A stretch of 64,000 nt of DNA, from positions 4,968 to 68,967 of the forward strand of contig JBEKRL010000004.1 in NCBI GenBank assembly GCA_049518775.1, given 5' to 3'. Position 1 is the first letter of the stretch. Each line of letters starts with the position of its first letter. Shown one piece after another: positions 9,091 to 18,532 of this stretch. Source of the stretch: Candidatus Dormibacteria bacterium (GTDB lineage: Bacteria > Chloroflexota > Dormibacteria > Aeolococcales > Bog-877). The notes below the pieces were generated by a model. It did no database searches. It saw nothing but the letters and a program-made list of their open reading frames with translations, and was not told where the DNA came from. The position numbers were made by a program, and so were the translations under genes.

Positions 9091-10140
9091 ATGGCCGCCG
9101 AAGATCAAGACCCCATGGCAGAGAACCGCCCCGGCGATGTAGCTGGTCACGCCCCTCAACTGGTCTTCGGGCGCGGGATCCTGGCGCCGGCGATCGCGGA
9201 TCTGCCGCGGCCGTATGCCTTGCTGGCCCAGCCGGAGCCGCTGGAGTTCGTTCCTCCCGAGGTCAGGGGTGAGGCGGCCTACGTCGGGTTGGTGACGTCG
9301 CTGGAGGAGGAGGTCCTCGAGCGCTGGGACCGCCTGGTCCCGCCTGTGGCTGCGGTGCTCGGGTTGGGGGGAGGCACGGCGATGGACTCGGCCAAGTACG
9401 TGGCGTGGCGCCGAGGCCTGGCACTGTTCGAGGCCCCGTCGGCGGTGAGCGTGGACGCCTCCGTCACCAACACCGTGGCCGTCCGCAGCGGCGGGCGGGT
9501 CGAGTACCGGGGCTTCGTCACCGCCGACCGCGTATTCGTGGACTTCGGCCTCGTCCAGACTGCTCCCGTCCAGATGAACCGTGCCGGGGTGGGGGACCTG
9601 CTCTCGATCCACACAGCGCTCTGGGACTGGCGCCTGGCTGATGAGCGCGGCCGGTCGCGGCTGGTTCCGGCCTTCGCCGAGCGGGCCGAGACGATCCTTG
9701 ATCGGGTGGAGTCGCTCAGCGGAGAGATCCGGGATGTTTCCGACCGGGCCGTGGAAGCCATCGTGCGGGCCTACCTTGAGGTCAACGACATGGTGGCCGA
9801 ACTCGGCCACGCCCAGGTCGAAGAGGGTTCCGAGCACTACTTCGTCTATTGCCTCGAGCGGGTGACTGGCCGTTCCTTCGTGCATGGCGAGGTTGTGTCG
9901 TTGGGAACCGTACTGATGGGGTTCCTGCAAGGCGGTCGCACCGACCGCCCGCTCAAGATCGCTGAGCGTGCCGGGGTGCGCTGGCGGGCCACCGAGCTCG
10001 GGATCTCACGCGAGGAGTTGATCGAGACGCTGCGACGCCTGCCCTCCTTCGTGCGTGAGTCCTCACTCTCCTACTCGGTCATCAACGAGGTCTCGTTCGA
10101 CGAAGCATCGATAAATCACCTGGTGGAACTCGCATCGTGA
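9091..10140 (+). CDS. Fe-ADH_2 family NAD(P)-dependent dehydrogenase (glycerol-1-phosphate dehydrogenase/AraM-like, DHQS superfamily)
   Basis: GGGTAMDSAKYVA nucleotide-binding motif and ~350 aa length characteristic of G1PDH/Fe-ADH_2; first gene of 5-gene coupled operon. Confidence 0.6.
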   Translation: MAAEDQDPMAENRPGDVAGHAPQLVFGRGILAPAIADLPRPYALLAQPEPLEFVPPEVRGEAAYVGLVTSLEEEVLERWDRLVPPVAAVLGLGGGTAMDSAKYVAWRRGLALFEAPSAVSVDASVTNTVAVRSGGRVEYRGFVTADRVFVDFGLVQTAPVQMNRAGVGDLLSIHTALWDWRLADERGRSRLVPAFAERAETILDRVESLSGEIRDVSDRAVEAIVRAYLEVNDMVAELGHAQVEEGSEHYFVYCLERVTGRSFVHGEVVSLGTVLMGFLQGGRTDRPLKIAERAGVRWRATELGISREELIETLRRLPSFVRESSLSYSVINEVSFDEASINHLVELAS

Positions 10141-10928
10141 CTTCACCGCGGGGTGCGCTCCGGATCGTTCCCGATCCCATCGATCAGTTGCAGCCGGTGG
10201 TCAGTGACCCGCGGTCTCTGTCAGTCCAGATCGCTGAACGAATCCGTCAACTCATCTCCGACGGGGCCCTCGGCCCCGGCGAGCGGCTGCCCACTGAGGC
10301 GGGATTCGCGTCCCGGTTCAGGGTGGGAAGGACGACCGTCCGCGAGGCGCTGAAACTCCTCGAGAACGACGGGCTCATCCAGGTGAGGAGGGGGCGGGGC
10401 CGATTTGTTTCCGCAACGCCCTTGGTCCGACGTCCGCTCACCCGGCTGGAGGGAGTGACGGAGATGATGGAGGCGTGCGGGTACGACGTCACCAACCGCG
10501 TCGTGTCCGTCACCGTGGAACGGCCGACGCCGGAGGAGCGGGAGGTTCTTCAGCTTCCCGATGGCGCCGACGTGATTCGTCTGGAACGCATCCGCCTGCA
10601 TCGCGGGGAGCCCTACATTCTCTCTCTCGACGTCATCCCGCGCTCCCACTTCGCCGAGGATATTGGCGCACTCGACTGGAGCGGGTCGCTCCTGGCTCTG
10701 CTTGAGGCTCGTGGCGCGATGCCCGCCTTTGCCGTGGCGCGGGTCTCTGCCGTGCAGTTGCCGCGGGCTCTCCTGCGTCGGCACAAACTGGCCAGCGGCG
10801 TCCCGTGGCTGCTGATGATTCAGACCAACACCACCGAGGAAGGGGTGCCCGTGATCTACTCTCACGACTATCACCGAGGCGACTGTTTCACGTTCGACGT
10901 CCTGCGCCGGGTGGAGAGGCGGCCATGA
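10137..10928 (+). CDS. GntR family transcriptional regulator, HutC subfamily (UTRA effector domain)
   Basis: N-terminal GntR wHTH (LPTEAGFASRFRVGRTTVREALKLLENDGLI) + C-terminal UTRA-like domain; GTG start overlaps upstream stop (GTGA). Confidence 0.8.
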   Translation: MTSPRGALRIVPDPIDQLQPVVSDPRSLSVQIAERIRQLISDGALGPGERLPTEAGFASRFRVGRTTVREALKLLENDGLIQVRRGRGRFVSATPLVRRPLTRLEGVTEMMEACGYDVTNRVVSVTVERPTPEEREVLQLPDGADVIRLERIRLHRGEPYILSLDVIPRSHFAEDIGALDWSGSLLALLEARGAMPAFAVARVSAVQLPRALLRRHKLASGVPWLLMIQTNTTEEGVPVIYSHDYHRGDCFTFDVLRRVERRP

Positions 10929-12049
10929 TGGCGGAGAGCGGGCCCCCAGTGATCCTGGCCGAGGACGCGAGACGATGGCACGCCAAGATTGCAGGCGAGT
11001 TGCGGGCGGCATTCGAGGATGTTCTTGAGGTCGGCAAATTCACCATGGGCCGCCACCTCTCGGCCTTTGAGGGAGAGTTCGCCGCCTACAGTGGGGCGCG
11101 CGCCTGCGTCGGCACTTCGAGCGGGACCTCGGCGCTGCAGCTGGCGCTGCTGGCCCTTGGAGTTGGCCCGGGTGACGAGGTCATCACGGTGCCGAACACC
11201 TACGTTGCGACCGCGTTCGCCGTGACCTATGTGGGGGCGGTGCCGGTGTTCGTCGACGTCGACCCCATCACGTACAATCTCGACCCGCAGAGGATTGCGG
11301 AGGTCCGCACCGATCGCACCCGGGCGGTGTTGCCCGTGCACATGTACGGACAGGCCGCTGATGTCGACGCTATCCGCCACGTCGCCCCCGACCTGCCTAT
11401 CCTGGAGGACGCAGCTCACGCCCATGGGGCGACGCTGGGGGAGCGGAGGGCTGGCAGTCTCGGGGATCTGGCTGCATTCTCGTTCTATCCGACCAAGGTC
11501 CTGGGCGCGCTCGGAGATGGCGGAGCCATCACCACCTCACGTGAGGATCTTGAGCAGCGAGCGCGCCAGCTCCGCTACATGGGACAGCGGGCGATCAAGC
11601 ATGACCATGAGGCGCTCGGCTACCAGGAGCGGCTGGATGAAATGCAGGCGGCTTTCCTTCAGGTGAAGCTTCGTCAACTTGAGGACCAGATCGCCGGTCG
11701 CCGCCGGGTGGCGGCCGCCTACCGAGAGCTACTTGCGGGAACGCCGCTCACCCTGCCCGCACATGATGTGAGCGGTCGGCACGTGTACTACATGTTCACC
11801 GTGCTTGCCCCCTCCCGGGACGCCTTGGCACGACATCTGCTCGACCGCGGCATCACGACGCAGGTGATCTACCCGAGGCTGGTTCCTGAGCAGAAGGCTT
11901 ACCGTGACTTGCCCTGGCGCGCCGGCGAGCTGCCGGTGGCGAAGAACCTTCCCTCTCGAATCCTCTGCTTGCCCATGTTCGCGGAGCTTTCAACGGCCGA
12001 GATCGAGCGGGTCGCAGAGGCAATCCGGGAATTCTACGGACCTAGCTGA
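10925..12049 (+). CDS. DegT/DnrJ/EryC1/StrS family sugar aminotransferase (PLP-dependent)
   Basis: fold-type I sugar aminotransferase motifs incl. catalytic Lys region SFYPTKVLGALGDGGAI; ATG 10925 overlaps GntR stop (ATGATGA). Confidence 0.85.
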   Translation: MMAESGPPVILAEDARRWHAKIAGELRAAFEDVLEVGKFTMGRHLSAFEGEFAAYSGARACVGTSSGTSALQLALLALGVGPGDEVITVPNTYVATAFAVTYVGAVPVFVDVDPITYNLDPQRIAEVRTDRTRAVLPVHMYGQAADVDAIRHVAPDLPILEDAAHAHGATLGERRAGSLGDLAAFSFYPTKVLGALGDGGAITTSREDLEQRARQLRYMGQRAIKHDHEALGYQERLDEMQAAFLQVKLRQLEDQIAGRRRVAAAYRELLAGTPLTLPAHDVSGRHVYYMFTVLAPSRDALARHLLDRGITTQVIYPRLVPEQKAYRDLPWRAGELPVAKNLPSRILCLPMFAELSTAEIERVAEAIREFYGPS

Positions 12050-12051
12050 CG

Positions 12052-13281
12052 ATGCGATTCGCGGTCCTTGGCGGCAACGCGGCGTCGACGCTGCAGCTCG
12101 TCGATGCCATCGCCGCCTGGCCGGGCGGCCAGGATCGCAGGCCTGAGATAGAGCTGATTCTCCACGGGCGGTCCTCCGAGCGGCTGGGCCTGATGGCGGC
12201 GGCGTGCCGTGCGCGGGCTGGACAGCTTGGCTTGGACCTTCGCGTGGTCGGCGAGGCCCAGCGCCCGGCGGCTCTGGACGGCGCGGACGTCGTCCTCAAC
12301 CAGATACGCGTCGGCGGCCTGCAGGCGCGCTCCGTCGATGAATCGTTGGCCCACGACTTCGGCCTGCCTGGTGAGGAGACGTTGGGCCCGGGGGGCTTCG
12401 CCTGCGCGGTGCGCACGGTTCCTGCGCTGCGTCCGGTCTGGGGTGATGTCGCCCACTATGCGACGGGCAGCTTGGTGATCAACCTGACGAATCCCGCCGG
12501 GATCGTCCAGCAGGCTGCCAGGGCCGGGTTCGAGCTGGAGGTCGTAAGCGTCTGCGACAGCCCGGTGACCCTGCTCGACAGTGTCGCTGCGCGCCTGGGC
12601 CGGGGGAGCCAGGAGGTGCGATCACGGTACGTGGGGATGAACCACGTTGGCTGGTACCTGCCAGCGGACCTGGCCGAGCTGGACTCCCTGGGAGGCTTGG
12701 TCGAGGGGATTGACCCTGCACTTCCGCAGCTGCACGCAGGCCTGCCGAGCGCCTACCTGCGCTACTACGTGCATCCTGACCGTGTACTTAGGGCGCAGTT
12801 GGGTCGGCCCACCCGTGCCCAGGAGTTGATGCGCATCCAGGAGGAGGTGCTGGGGTCGCTGCGGGGCGGGCCGGGCTCGATCTCCACGCCCTGGAAGCGG
12901 AGGGCGGTTTGGTACTCGCTCGCGGTTGTGCCGCTGGTCGATGCCTGGTTCAACGGGTCGGAGGAGACGCTCATCGTCGGCCTGCCCAACCGAGGACGCA
13001 TCCCCTGGCTCCACGACGATGTCGTGATCGAGGCTGCGATCGCGATCCGGGTTCCTCAACGCCTGGACGTCCTCCCGCTGCCTGCCGTCCCCGAGCTGCC
13101 GCGCGCGCTCCTGTCCCAGCAGGCGGCGTTCGAGACTCTGACGACCCGGGCGCTGCTTGGGGCCGCCACCGAGGAAGGGCTGACACGAGCCTTGCTGGCG
13201 AACCCCATGGTGCGAAGCGTCGACCAAGCGCGTGGGCTGGTGGATGCCATCCGCCGAAGCGTGGAAGCTGGCCCTGGGTGA
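12052..13281 (+). CDS. glycoside hydrolase family 4 (NAD+/Mn2+-dependent 6-phospho-glycosidase-like) with atypical N-terminal dinucleotide motif
   Basis: GH4 signatures INLTNPAGIV, VCDSPV (catalytic Cys), GMNHVGWY; Rossmann motif reads VLGGNAAS instead of canonical IGAGS. Confidence 0.7.
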   Translation: MRFAVLGGNAASTLQLVDAIAAWPGGQDRRPEIELILHGRSSERLGLMAAACRARAGQLGLDLRVVGEAQRPAALDGADVVLNQIRVGGLQARSVDESLAHDFGLPGEETLGPGGFACAVRTVPALRPVWGDVAHYATGSLVINLTNPAGIVQQAARAGFELEVVSVCDSPVTLLDSVAARLGRGSQEVRSRYVGMNHVGWYLPADLAELDSLGGLVEGIDPALPQLHAGLPSAYLRYYVHPDRVLRAQLGRPTRAQELMRIQEEVLGSLRGGPGSISTPWKRRAVWYSLAVVPLVDAWFNGSEETLIVGLPNRGRIPWLHDDVVIEAAIAIRVPQRLDVLPLPAVPELPRALLSQQAAFETLTTRALLGAATEEGLTRALLANPMVRSVDQARGLVDAIRRSVEAGPG

Positions 13282-14300
13282 TGGACGGCTCGGCTGAGGT
13301 CCGCCATTCAGGGGTGCTGCTAGCTGCGGACGTCGGCGCTTCGAAGACTCTGGTTGCCTTGGTGGACCCTGGTCCCGGCGGTTGGACCTGGCTTGGCTCC
13401 CCGCTCCGCTTCGCGACACCTCAAGATCCAGCTGCCTTGGTCGAGCTGATCGCCCAGGCCGCTGAAGTGCGCGCCCGCGATGCCGGACGGTCGATCCGAG
13501 GCGCAGGGATAGCCATTCCCGGACCGCTCGATCCGGACCAGGGGATCGTTACCCATCTGCCGAATCTCGGCTGGCACAACGTCCCGTTCGCCAGGATGCT
13601 CACGGCTCGGCTTCACGTTCCCGTCGCCCTCAATGACGATGCTCGCATGGGCGCACTCGGGGAGTGGGCGGTCGGCGCCGGTCGAGGTACCAACATCCTC
13701 GTCTTCGTGGCGGTGAGCACGGGGATTGGCTCCGGCCTGGTGATCGACGGGCGCCCGTACGTCGGCGCCCATGGGTTCGCGGGCGAGTTTGGCCACATTG
13801 TCGTGGACCCCAACGGCCCTCGCTGTGGCTGCGGCCACCGAGGATGCGTCGAGGCCTATGCGGGTGGACTCGCCCTGGCGCGCGCCGCCTGCCGGGCGTG
13901 GCCGCGCCGTCGGCTCGAGGACGGGAGTCCATCTCCGCGAACCGCGAGCGATGTCTTCCGCCTGGCACGGCAGCACCATCCGGTGGCGGCCTCGCTCGTC
14001 GACCAGGCCACCGACGCCCTCGCCCTGGGGATCGGCGCCATCGCGGCCGTATTCGACCCCGGGTTGATCGTGATCGGTGGCTCGGTGGCAATGGGCGAGC
14101 GGCGCTGGCTCGCCTCGGTGGTGGCTCGCGCCCGCCAGCGCTGCATTGCGGATGCCGGCAGAGAGATACGGGTCGCCCCGCCGGGCCTGGGAGGCCTCTC
14201 CTCGCTGGCCGGGGCTGCCCAGCTTGCCATTGGCGTCGGCGGCGAGGGAGCAACTGTGCCGGTGACCTCGTCAGCAAACGGCCACGGCGATTCCGGATGA
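13281..14300 (+). CDS. ROK family sugar kinase (glucokinase/N-acetylglucosamine kinase-like)
   Basis: ROK motifs LAADVGASKT, GIGSGLVIDGRPYVGAHGFAGEFGH and Zn-binding CGCGHRGCVE; ATG overlaps GH4 stop (TGATG). Confidence 0.8.
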   Translation: MDGSAEVRHSGVLLAADVGASKTLVALVDPGPGGWTWLGSPLRFATPQDPAALVELIAQAAEVRARDAGRSIRGAGIAIPGPLDPDQGIVTHLPNLGWHNVPFARMLTARLHVPVALNDDARMGALGEWAVGAGRGTNILVFVAVSTGIGSGLVIDGRPYVGAHGFAGEFGHIVVDPNGPRCGCGHRGCVEAYAGGLALARAACRAWPRRRLEDGSPSPRTASDVFRLARQHHPVAASLVDQATDALALGIGAIAAVFDPGLIVIGGSVAMGERRWLASVVARARQRCIADAGREIRVAPPGLGGLSSLAGAAQLAIGVGGEGATVPVTSSANGHGDSG

Positions 14301-14577
14301 CCTAGGTGGTGGGAGCAAGCAGGGGGCCGGTCTTCGCCGTGGGATCGGGGAGGACGAGGGTCTCCAACACCTGGCCGGTGCGGTATCTGTCAGGTAACGC
14401 GGCCGGGCCCTTGCTAGCGGGGCTGGGCCCGACCCGGTGATGCTAGCTCCACAGAGGATGCCGAGCCTGCGGCTGCCTCCGTGGCGGAACTCCTTCCCCG
14501 GCACGGATCCCCATCAATCCGGCACCTTCTGATCGTCCGACCCCGATTCCGGCTCGAACCTCCGCCGCTTGGGAGAG

Positions 14578-15072
14578 TCAGCCCCGGCTCTGGTGCGACC
14601 CGCCCTCGAGGCATCGGTGGACGGCCGCCAGCACCTTGAGAAGGGCCTGGAGCTCCTGAGTGTCGAAGCCGCAGAGGAGCTGGAGCGCCTCCTGGTGGTG
14701 GTATCCGGAGGCCGCCTCGGCGGCGGCGATCCCCTCAGGCGAGAGCGCCGCGTGGACCACCCGGCGGTCGGCATCGTCACGGGTGCGGATCGCCAGCCCA
14801 TGCTCCTCCAGGCGGTCCAGAGCCGAGCTGGCGGAGGGCAGGCTGATCCCCAGCGCTTCCGCCAGCGCTCCCACCGTGGCGGGGCCGATCTCGTGCAGCA
14901 CCATCACCATGTGCATCTGCCCGACCGGCAGCTCTCGGTGGGCCCAGCGGCCTGCGGGCCCCTGGCGCCACTGCCGGGCTGCGGTCTCCTCCAGGGCGGC
15001 GAGCGCCTCCGCCCGAAGCTGGGTGCGGGCGGTGTCGGTTTGGAGGGCCTCGGTCGAGCCAGCGGTGGGCAT
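14578..15072 (-). CDS. MarR family transcriptional regulator
   Basis: MarR wHTH (MHMVMVLHEIGPATVGALAEALGISLPSASSALDRLEEHGL); ATG 2 nt after MFS stop, i.e. co-operonic with the pump. Confidence 0.75.
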   Translation of the reverse strand: MPTAGSTEALQTDTARTQLRAEALAALEETAARQWRQGPAGRWAHRELPVGQMHMVMVLHEIGPATVGALAEALGISLPSASSALDRLEEHGLAIRTRDDADRRVVHAALSPEGIAAAEAASGYHHQEALQLLCGFDTQELQALLKVLAAVHRCLEGGSHQSRG

Positions 15073-15074
15073 CG

Positions 15075-16745
15075 TCAGCCTCTCGGTGGGCCGGCCGCTA
15101 CCAGCTGCTCTTCCCGGGCCGGCTCGGCGGGTGCCTCGGTTGACTCGGCCGGCGGTGCCTCGTGATGGGTGGTGCGCAGTGGCAGCTCCTTGAGGAAGAG
15201 GGTCGCCACCACCGCCAACACTGAGACCACCAACCCGATCCGGAATGACGAGACGATGCCCTGGGCCAGGGCCTCGTGGATCGCTCTCACGATGGCGCCG
15301 ATGTAGGGATGGGCGACCGCGGGCAGGACGTGGGCCAGCTCGGCACCCAGGTTGCCCACCCCGGTGAGGCTGCTGTTAGAGCTGGACGAGAGGTGGCCGG
15401 CGAGCGACGCCGGCACTCCGGCTCGGGCCAGGTCCTTGGGGACCTCGGTGGTGACAGCCGCGGAGAGCGAGGTCCCGGCGATGGCGAGGCCGATGGTGCC
15501 GCCGATCTGACGAACGAAGGTCAGGGTGCTGGTGGCCACACCCAGCTGGTTGATGGGGACCGAGTTCTGCACCACCAGGATGTAGCCGGACATGGACGGC
15601 CCGATGCCGATCCCGAGCACGAACAGCCAGCTCCAGAGGGGAAGGTTGCCGGTGGTGGCGGTGAGCTGGGTCATCAGCAACAGTCCCACCGTGAGGATCG
15701 CCATCGAGCCGACCAAGAGGGCCTTGTACCTACCTGTGCGGGCGATCAGCAACCCGGCGCCGACGCTGGTCGCCATCAAGCCCAACAGCAGGGGCCAGAG
15801 CATGTAGCCGGAGGCAGTGGCGCTGATGCCCCGAACCGCCTGGTAGTAGCGGGGCATGAAGATCACCGCGATGAAGAAGGCGAAGGACATGAAGAAGATG
15901 GCCGCCTGCGAGGCCGCGTAGGTGCGGATCCGGAACAGGTGCAAGGGCAGGATCGGCTCCTTGGCCCGGCTCTCGATGTAGAGGAACACCAGTCCCAGCA
16001 GAGACCCCACCAGGATCAGCCCGCCGACCCGCCAGGAGAACCACGAGTAGGCGATCCCGGAGCTGCCCGAGAGGCCCTTTTCGGTGAGCCCGATCAGTAT
16101 CGGCACCAGCGCCATGGAGAAGACCAGGGCGCCCAGGTAGTCGATCGAGGGGCTGGCCCCCTCCCGCTTGTGGTTGGGAAGCTGGGTGGCGATGACCGCC
16201 AGGGCGACGATCCCGATCGGGAGGTTGACGTAGAAGACCCAGTGCCAGCTGATGTTGTCGGTGATCCAGCCGCCCAGGAAGGGCCCCACCAAGAACGCGA
16301 GCCCGAAGACGGCCCCAAAGAAGCCCTGGTACTTGCCCCGCTCGCGGGGGGTGAAGAGGTCACCGATGACCGCCAGGGCGATCGGGAAGAGGGCGCCGGC
16401 GCCCAGGCCCTGAAGGCCCCGGAACAGGATCAGCTCGGTCATGTTCTGGGAGAGCCCGGAGAGGGCGGAGCCGACCAGGAACAGCCCGATGCCGATGATC
16501 AGAAGCAGCTTGCGTCCGAAGAGGTCGGAGAGCTTGCCGTAGATGGGCACGGTGATGGTGCTGGTCAGCAGGTACGCGGTCACCACCCACACGTAGAGGT
16601 TGTTCCCGCCTAGGTCGGTCACGATGGTGGGCAGGGCCGTCCCTACGACGGTCTGGTCCAGGGCGCTGAGGAAGAGCCCCAGCATCACCGCCGCCACGAT
16701 GGCCAGCTTGGCGCGCTGGGAAAGGTGCATCACGGGTTGGGGCAT
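15075..16745 (-). CDS. MFS transporter, DHA2 (EmrB/QacA-like 14-TMS drug:H+ antiporter) family
   Basis: MFS motifs (GKLSDLFGRKLLLIIG, 14 hydrophobic segments, ~550 aa); ATG 16745 preferred over TTG 16751. Confidence 0.85.
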   Translation of the reverse strand: MPQPVMHLSQRAKLAIVAAVMLGLFLSALDQTVVGTALPTIVTDLGGNNLYVWVVTAYLLTSTITVPIYGKLSDLFGRKLLLIIGIGLFLVGSALSGLSQNMTELILFRGLQGLGAGALFPIALAVIGDLFTPRERGKYQGFFGAVFGLAFLVGPFLGGWITDNISWHWVFYVNLPIGIVALAVIATQLPNHKREGASPSIDYLGALVFSMALVPILIGLTEKGLSGSSGIAYSWFSWRVGGLILVGSLLGLVFLYIESRAKEPILPLHLFRIRTYAASQAAIFFMSFAFFIAVIFMPRYYQAVRGISATASGYMLWPLLLGLMATSVGAGLLIARTGRYKALLVGSMAILTVGLLLMTQLTATTGNLPLWSWLFVLGIGIGPSMSGYILVVQNSVPINQLGVATSTLTFVRQIGGTIGLAIAGTSLSAAVTTEVPKDLARAGVPASLAGHLSSSSNSSLTGVGNLGAELAHVLPAVAHPYIGAIVRAIHEALAQGIVSSFRIGLVVSVLAVVATLFLKELPLRTTHHEAPPAESTEAPAEPAREEQLVAAGPPRG

Positions 16746-16807
16746 GGACAACGGAGGACCTCGAGATGGCTGCTGATCGCTCGGCGGCCGGGCCGCGGCG
16801 ATAGCAG

Positions 16808-16848
16808 AAGGTTAGCTTGTCGAGAATAATTCTGTCAAGTCTAACCTT
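16808..16848. promoter_or_regulatory. AT-rich imperfect palindrome upstream of MFS-MarR operon (candidate MarR operator / bidirectional hairpin)
   Basis: AAGGTTAGCTTGTCGAGAATAATTCTGTCAAGTCTAACCTT: outer 8-bp arms perfectly complementary, inner arms near-complementary; only AT-rich patch in a 90-bp intergenic region; overlaps stop of J-domain gene. Confidence 0.35.
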
Positions 16849-18220
16849 TGCCGATCTCGGGCTCGGCGGGGAACCCGAGGTTGTCCACGTAGGCGGCCCT
16901 GACTGAAGCGGCCAGGGTCAGGCCGGCCGCCTTGGGGTGGGAATGCACCCGAAAACGCAGCCGAGCGCCCCTCATTGCCACCAGGTGGACCCCATCCGGC
17001 TGATCTCGGAACAGACGCTCCAGCACCCGGCCGACCAGCCTGGCCGCCGCGTCGCCCAGCCGGCGGTCCAGACCGCACTGGGACAGCGGCTCGCCCCAGG
17101 GGAGCCGGCCGGGGCCCCGGCCCGAGTCAAGCAGCCAGCTCCGGCTCGTCGGCAGGGCCTGGAGCAATCGCTCCAGGGCGGCCGGCGGCCGCCCCCCGTC
17201 CAGTGCCGAGCCCGGGAGCGGCTCGTAGCCATCCCGCCGGCCCCTCCGCGCCTCCAGGGCCCGCTGGGCTGAGCCCACCTCGGCCAAGCTGAGCTGGGCC
17301 ACCGCGGCCAGTCCGTCCCAGCCCCGCTCCAGCGCGCCCATCGCCCGTCGGTCCTCGGCCCAGGCCGTGACCAGCGCCAGGGCGGGAGACGGGAGGCGGA
17401 GGTCGAGCAGAGCCTCCGAGTTGCGCCGCCTCGCCTCCTGCCGGTCTGCGGGACGGGGCTCCAAAGCCTGGTAGATCCCGCCCGGATGGGGCAGGTTGAT
17501 CTCGTAGCCGGAGACGGAGAGCCTGCCCATGAGGCTGACGTCCGCCCGGTAGGGGAGTTCCTGGCGTCGGCCTGGGAAGGCGCTCGCCCATCGGGTCAGG
17601 GCTCGCTCCAGCTGCTGCAGCTTCCACTCCCCGTTCTCGTCCAGCTCCTCCTCGTCCGACCCCCGCGCCTCGGCGGGGCCCTCGAGCCCCACCATGGTCA
17701 CGAGCCGGTGTCGCTCGACGAAGTCGGCTGCCCGCAGCGCCTCACGCAGGGCCGGATGGGGGGGCAGGTCTCCGATCAGCAACGGCGGCCTGGCGGCGTC
17801 CGCTGCTCGCCTCAGGAACCGCGAGAGCGACAGGTCCCAGTCGCCCCCGGGGATCGCGATGTGGAGGTCGCCGGGCCCGGTCCGGAGCAGCACCCCGACG
17901 AAGGGCCCAACACTCCATGCGGGTACCAGAGATGGCCGCCGCCGGCGGGCGACGGGCTGGGGTTCCGCTCTGAGCAGGAGGTCGTACGCGGCCCGGCGCT
18001 CCGGGGTGGCCACCAGCGACCAGGCCGTCTGGAGCTGAGTGAACAGGGCGGTGGCCCGGGACTGATCGAGCCGGGAGAGAGCCGGCCGCCGGACCTGGAC
18101 GTCGGGATGGAGCTCTCGGGCCCGGGCTCGATAACTGCGGCGCAGCTCGGTCCAGCTGGCGGAGCGGGGCGCTCCCAGCACCGAGTAGACATCGAGCAGC
18201 GCGCGCTGCCTGGTCTTCAC
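16841..18220 (-). CDS. J-domain (DnaJ-like, HPD motif) protein with ~380-aa C-terminal region of unknown function
   Basis: N-terminal J domain LLDVYSVLGAPRSASWTELRRSYRARARELHPDV...AAYD; remainder unrecognised; GTG start; antisense ORF 17486-19321 rejected. Confidence 0.5.
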   Translation of the reverse strand: MKTRQRALLDVYSVLGAPRSASWTELRRSYRARARELHPDVQVRRPALSRLDQSRATALFTQLQTAWSLVATPERRAAYDLLLRAEPQPVARRRRPSLVPAWSVGPFVGVLLRTGPGDLHIAIPGGDWDLSLSRFLRRAADAARPPLLIGDLPPHPALREALRAADFVERHRLVTMVGLEGPAEARGSDEEELDENGEWKLQQLERALTRWASAFPGRRQELPYRADVSLMGRLSVSGYEINLPHPGGIYQALEPRPADRQEARRRNSEALLDLRLPSPALALVTAWAEDRRAMGALERGWDGLAAVAQLSLAEVGSAQRALEARRGRRDGYEPLPGSALDGGRPPAALERLLQALPTSRSWLLDSGRGPGRLPWGEPLSQCGLDRRLGDAAARLVGRVLERLFRDQPDGVHLVAMRGARLRFRVHSHPKAAGLTLAASVRAAYVDNLGFPAEPEIGKG

Positions 18221-18532
18221 TTTGGGCGCGTGTCTAACTGCAGGCTGGGGACCAGTCCGCTGCGCTCGGGGGTGGAAGAGGGCCCGGGAGCAGGCTGGGG
18301 GCGGGGGAGAGCCTGCTCCGTTGCGGGGACACCTCGCCGGCGACCCGGAGCCTGCTGGTCGCCGCAGCCCCAGTTCCGCCGAGATCGGAGATCGGCCGCT
18401 GCGGCCAGCCGAGGGATGTCAGCAGTCGGCCGGCCTCGCCGGCCGGCCGCGCCGCCAGGCCCAGTGGCGCTCCCAGCCAGCCAGCGTGCCGACGTGGGAG
18501 CCTGGGGCTGGGCTGGGCCCTGGGCGCTGACC

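Noticed and set aside
9040-9930. 296-aa minus ORF opposite Fe-ADH_2 gene (and similar shadows 10221-11012, 12622-13419, 13630-14277)
   Set aside because: Antisense to a tightly coupled, motif-rich plus-strand operon.
15276-16613. 445-aa plus-strand ORF opposite the MFS transporter
   Set aside because: Asp/Gly/Glu-rich low-complexity shadow of the transporter gene.
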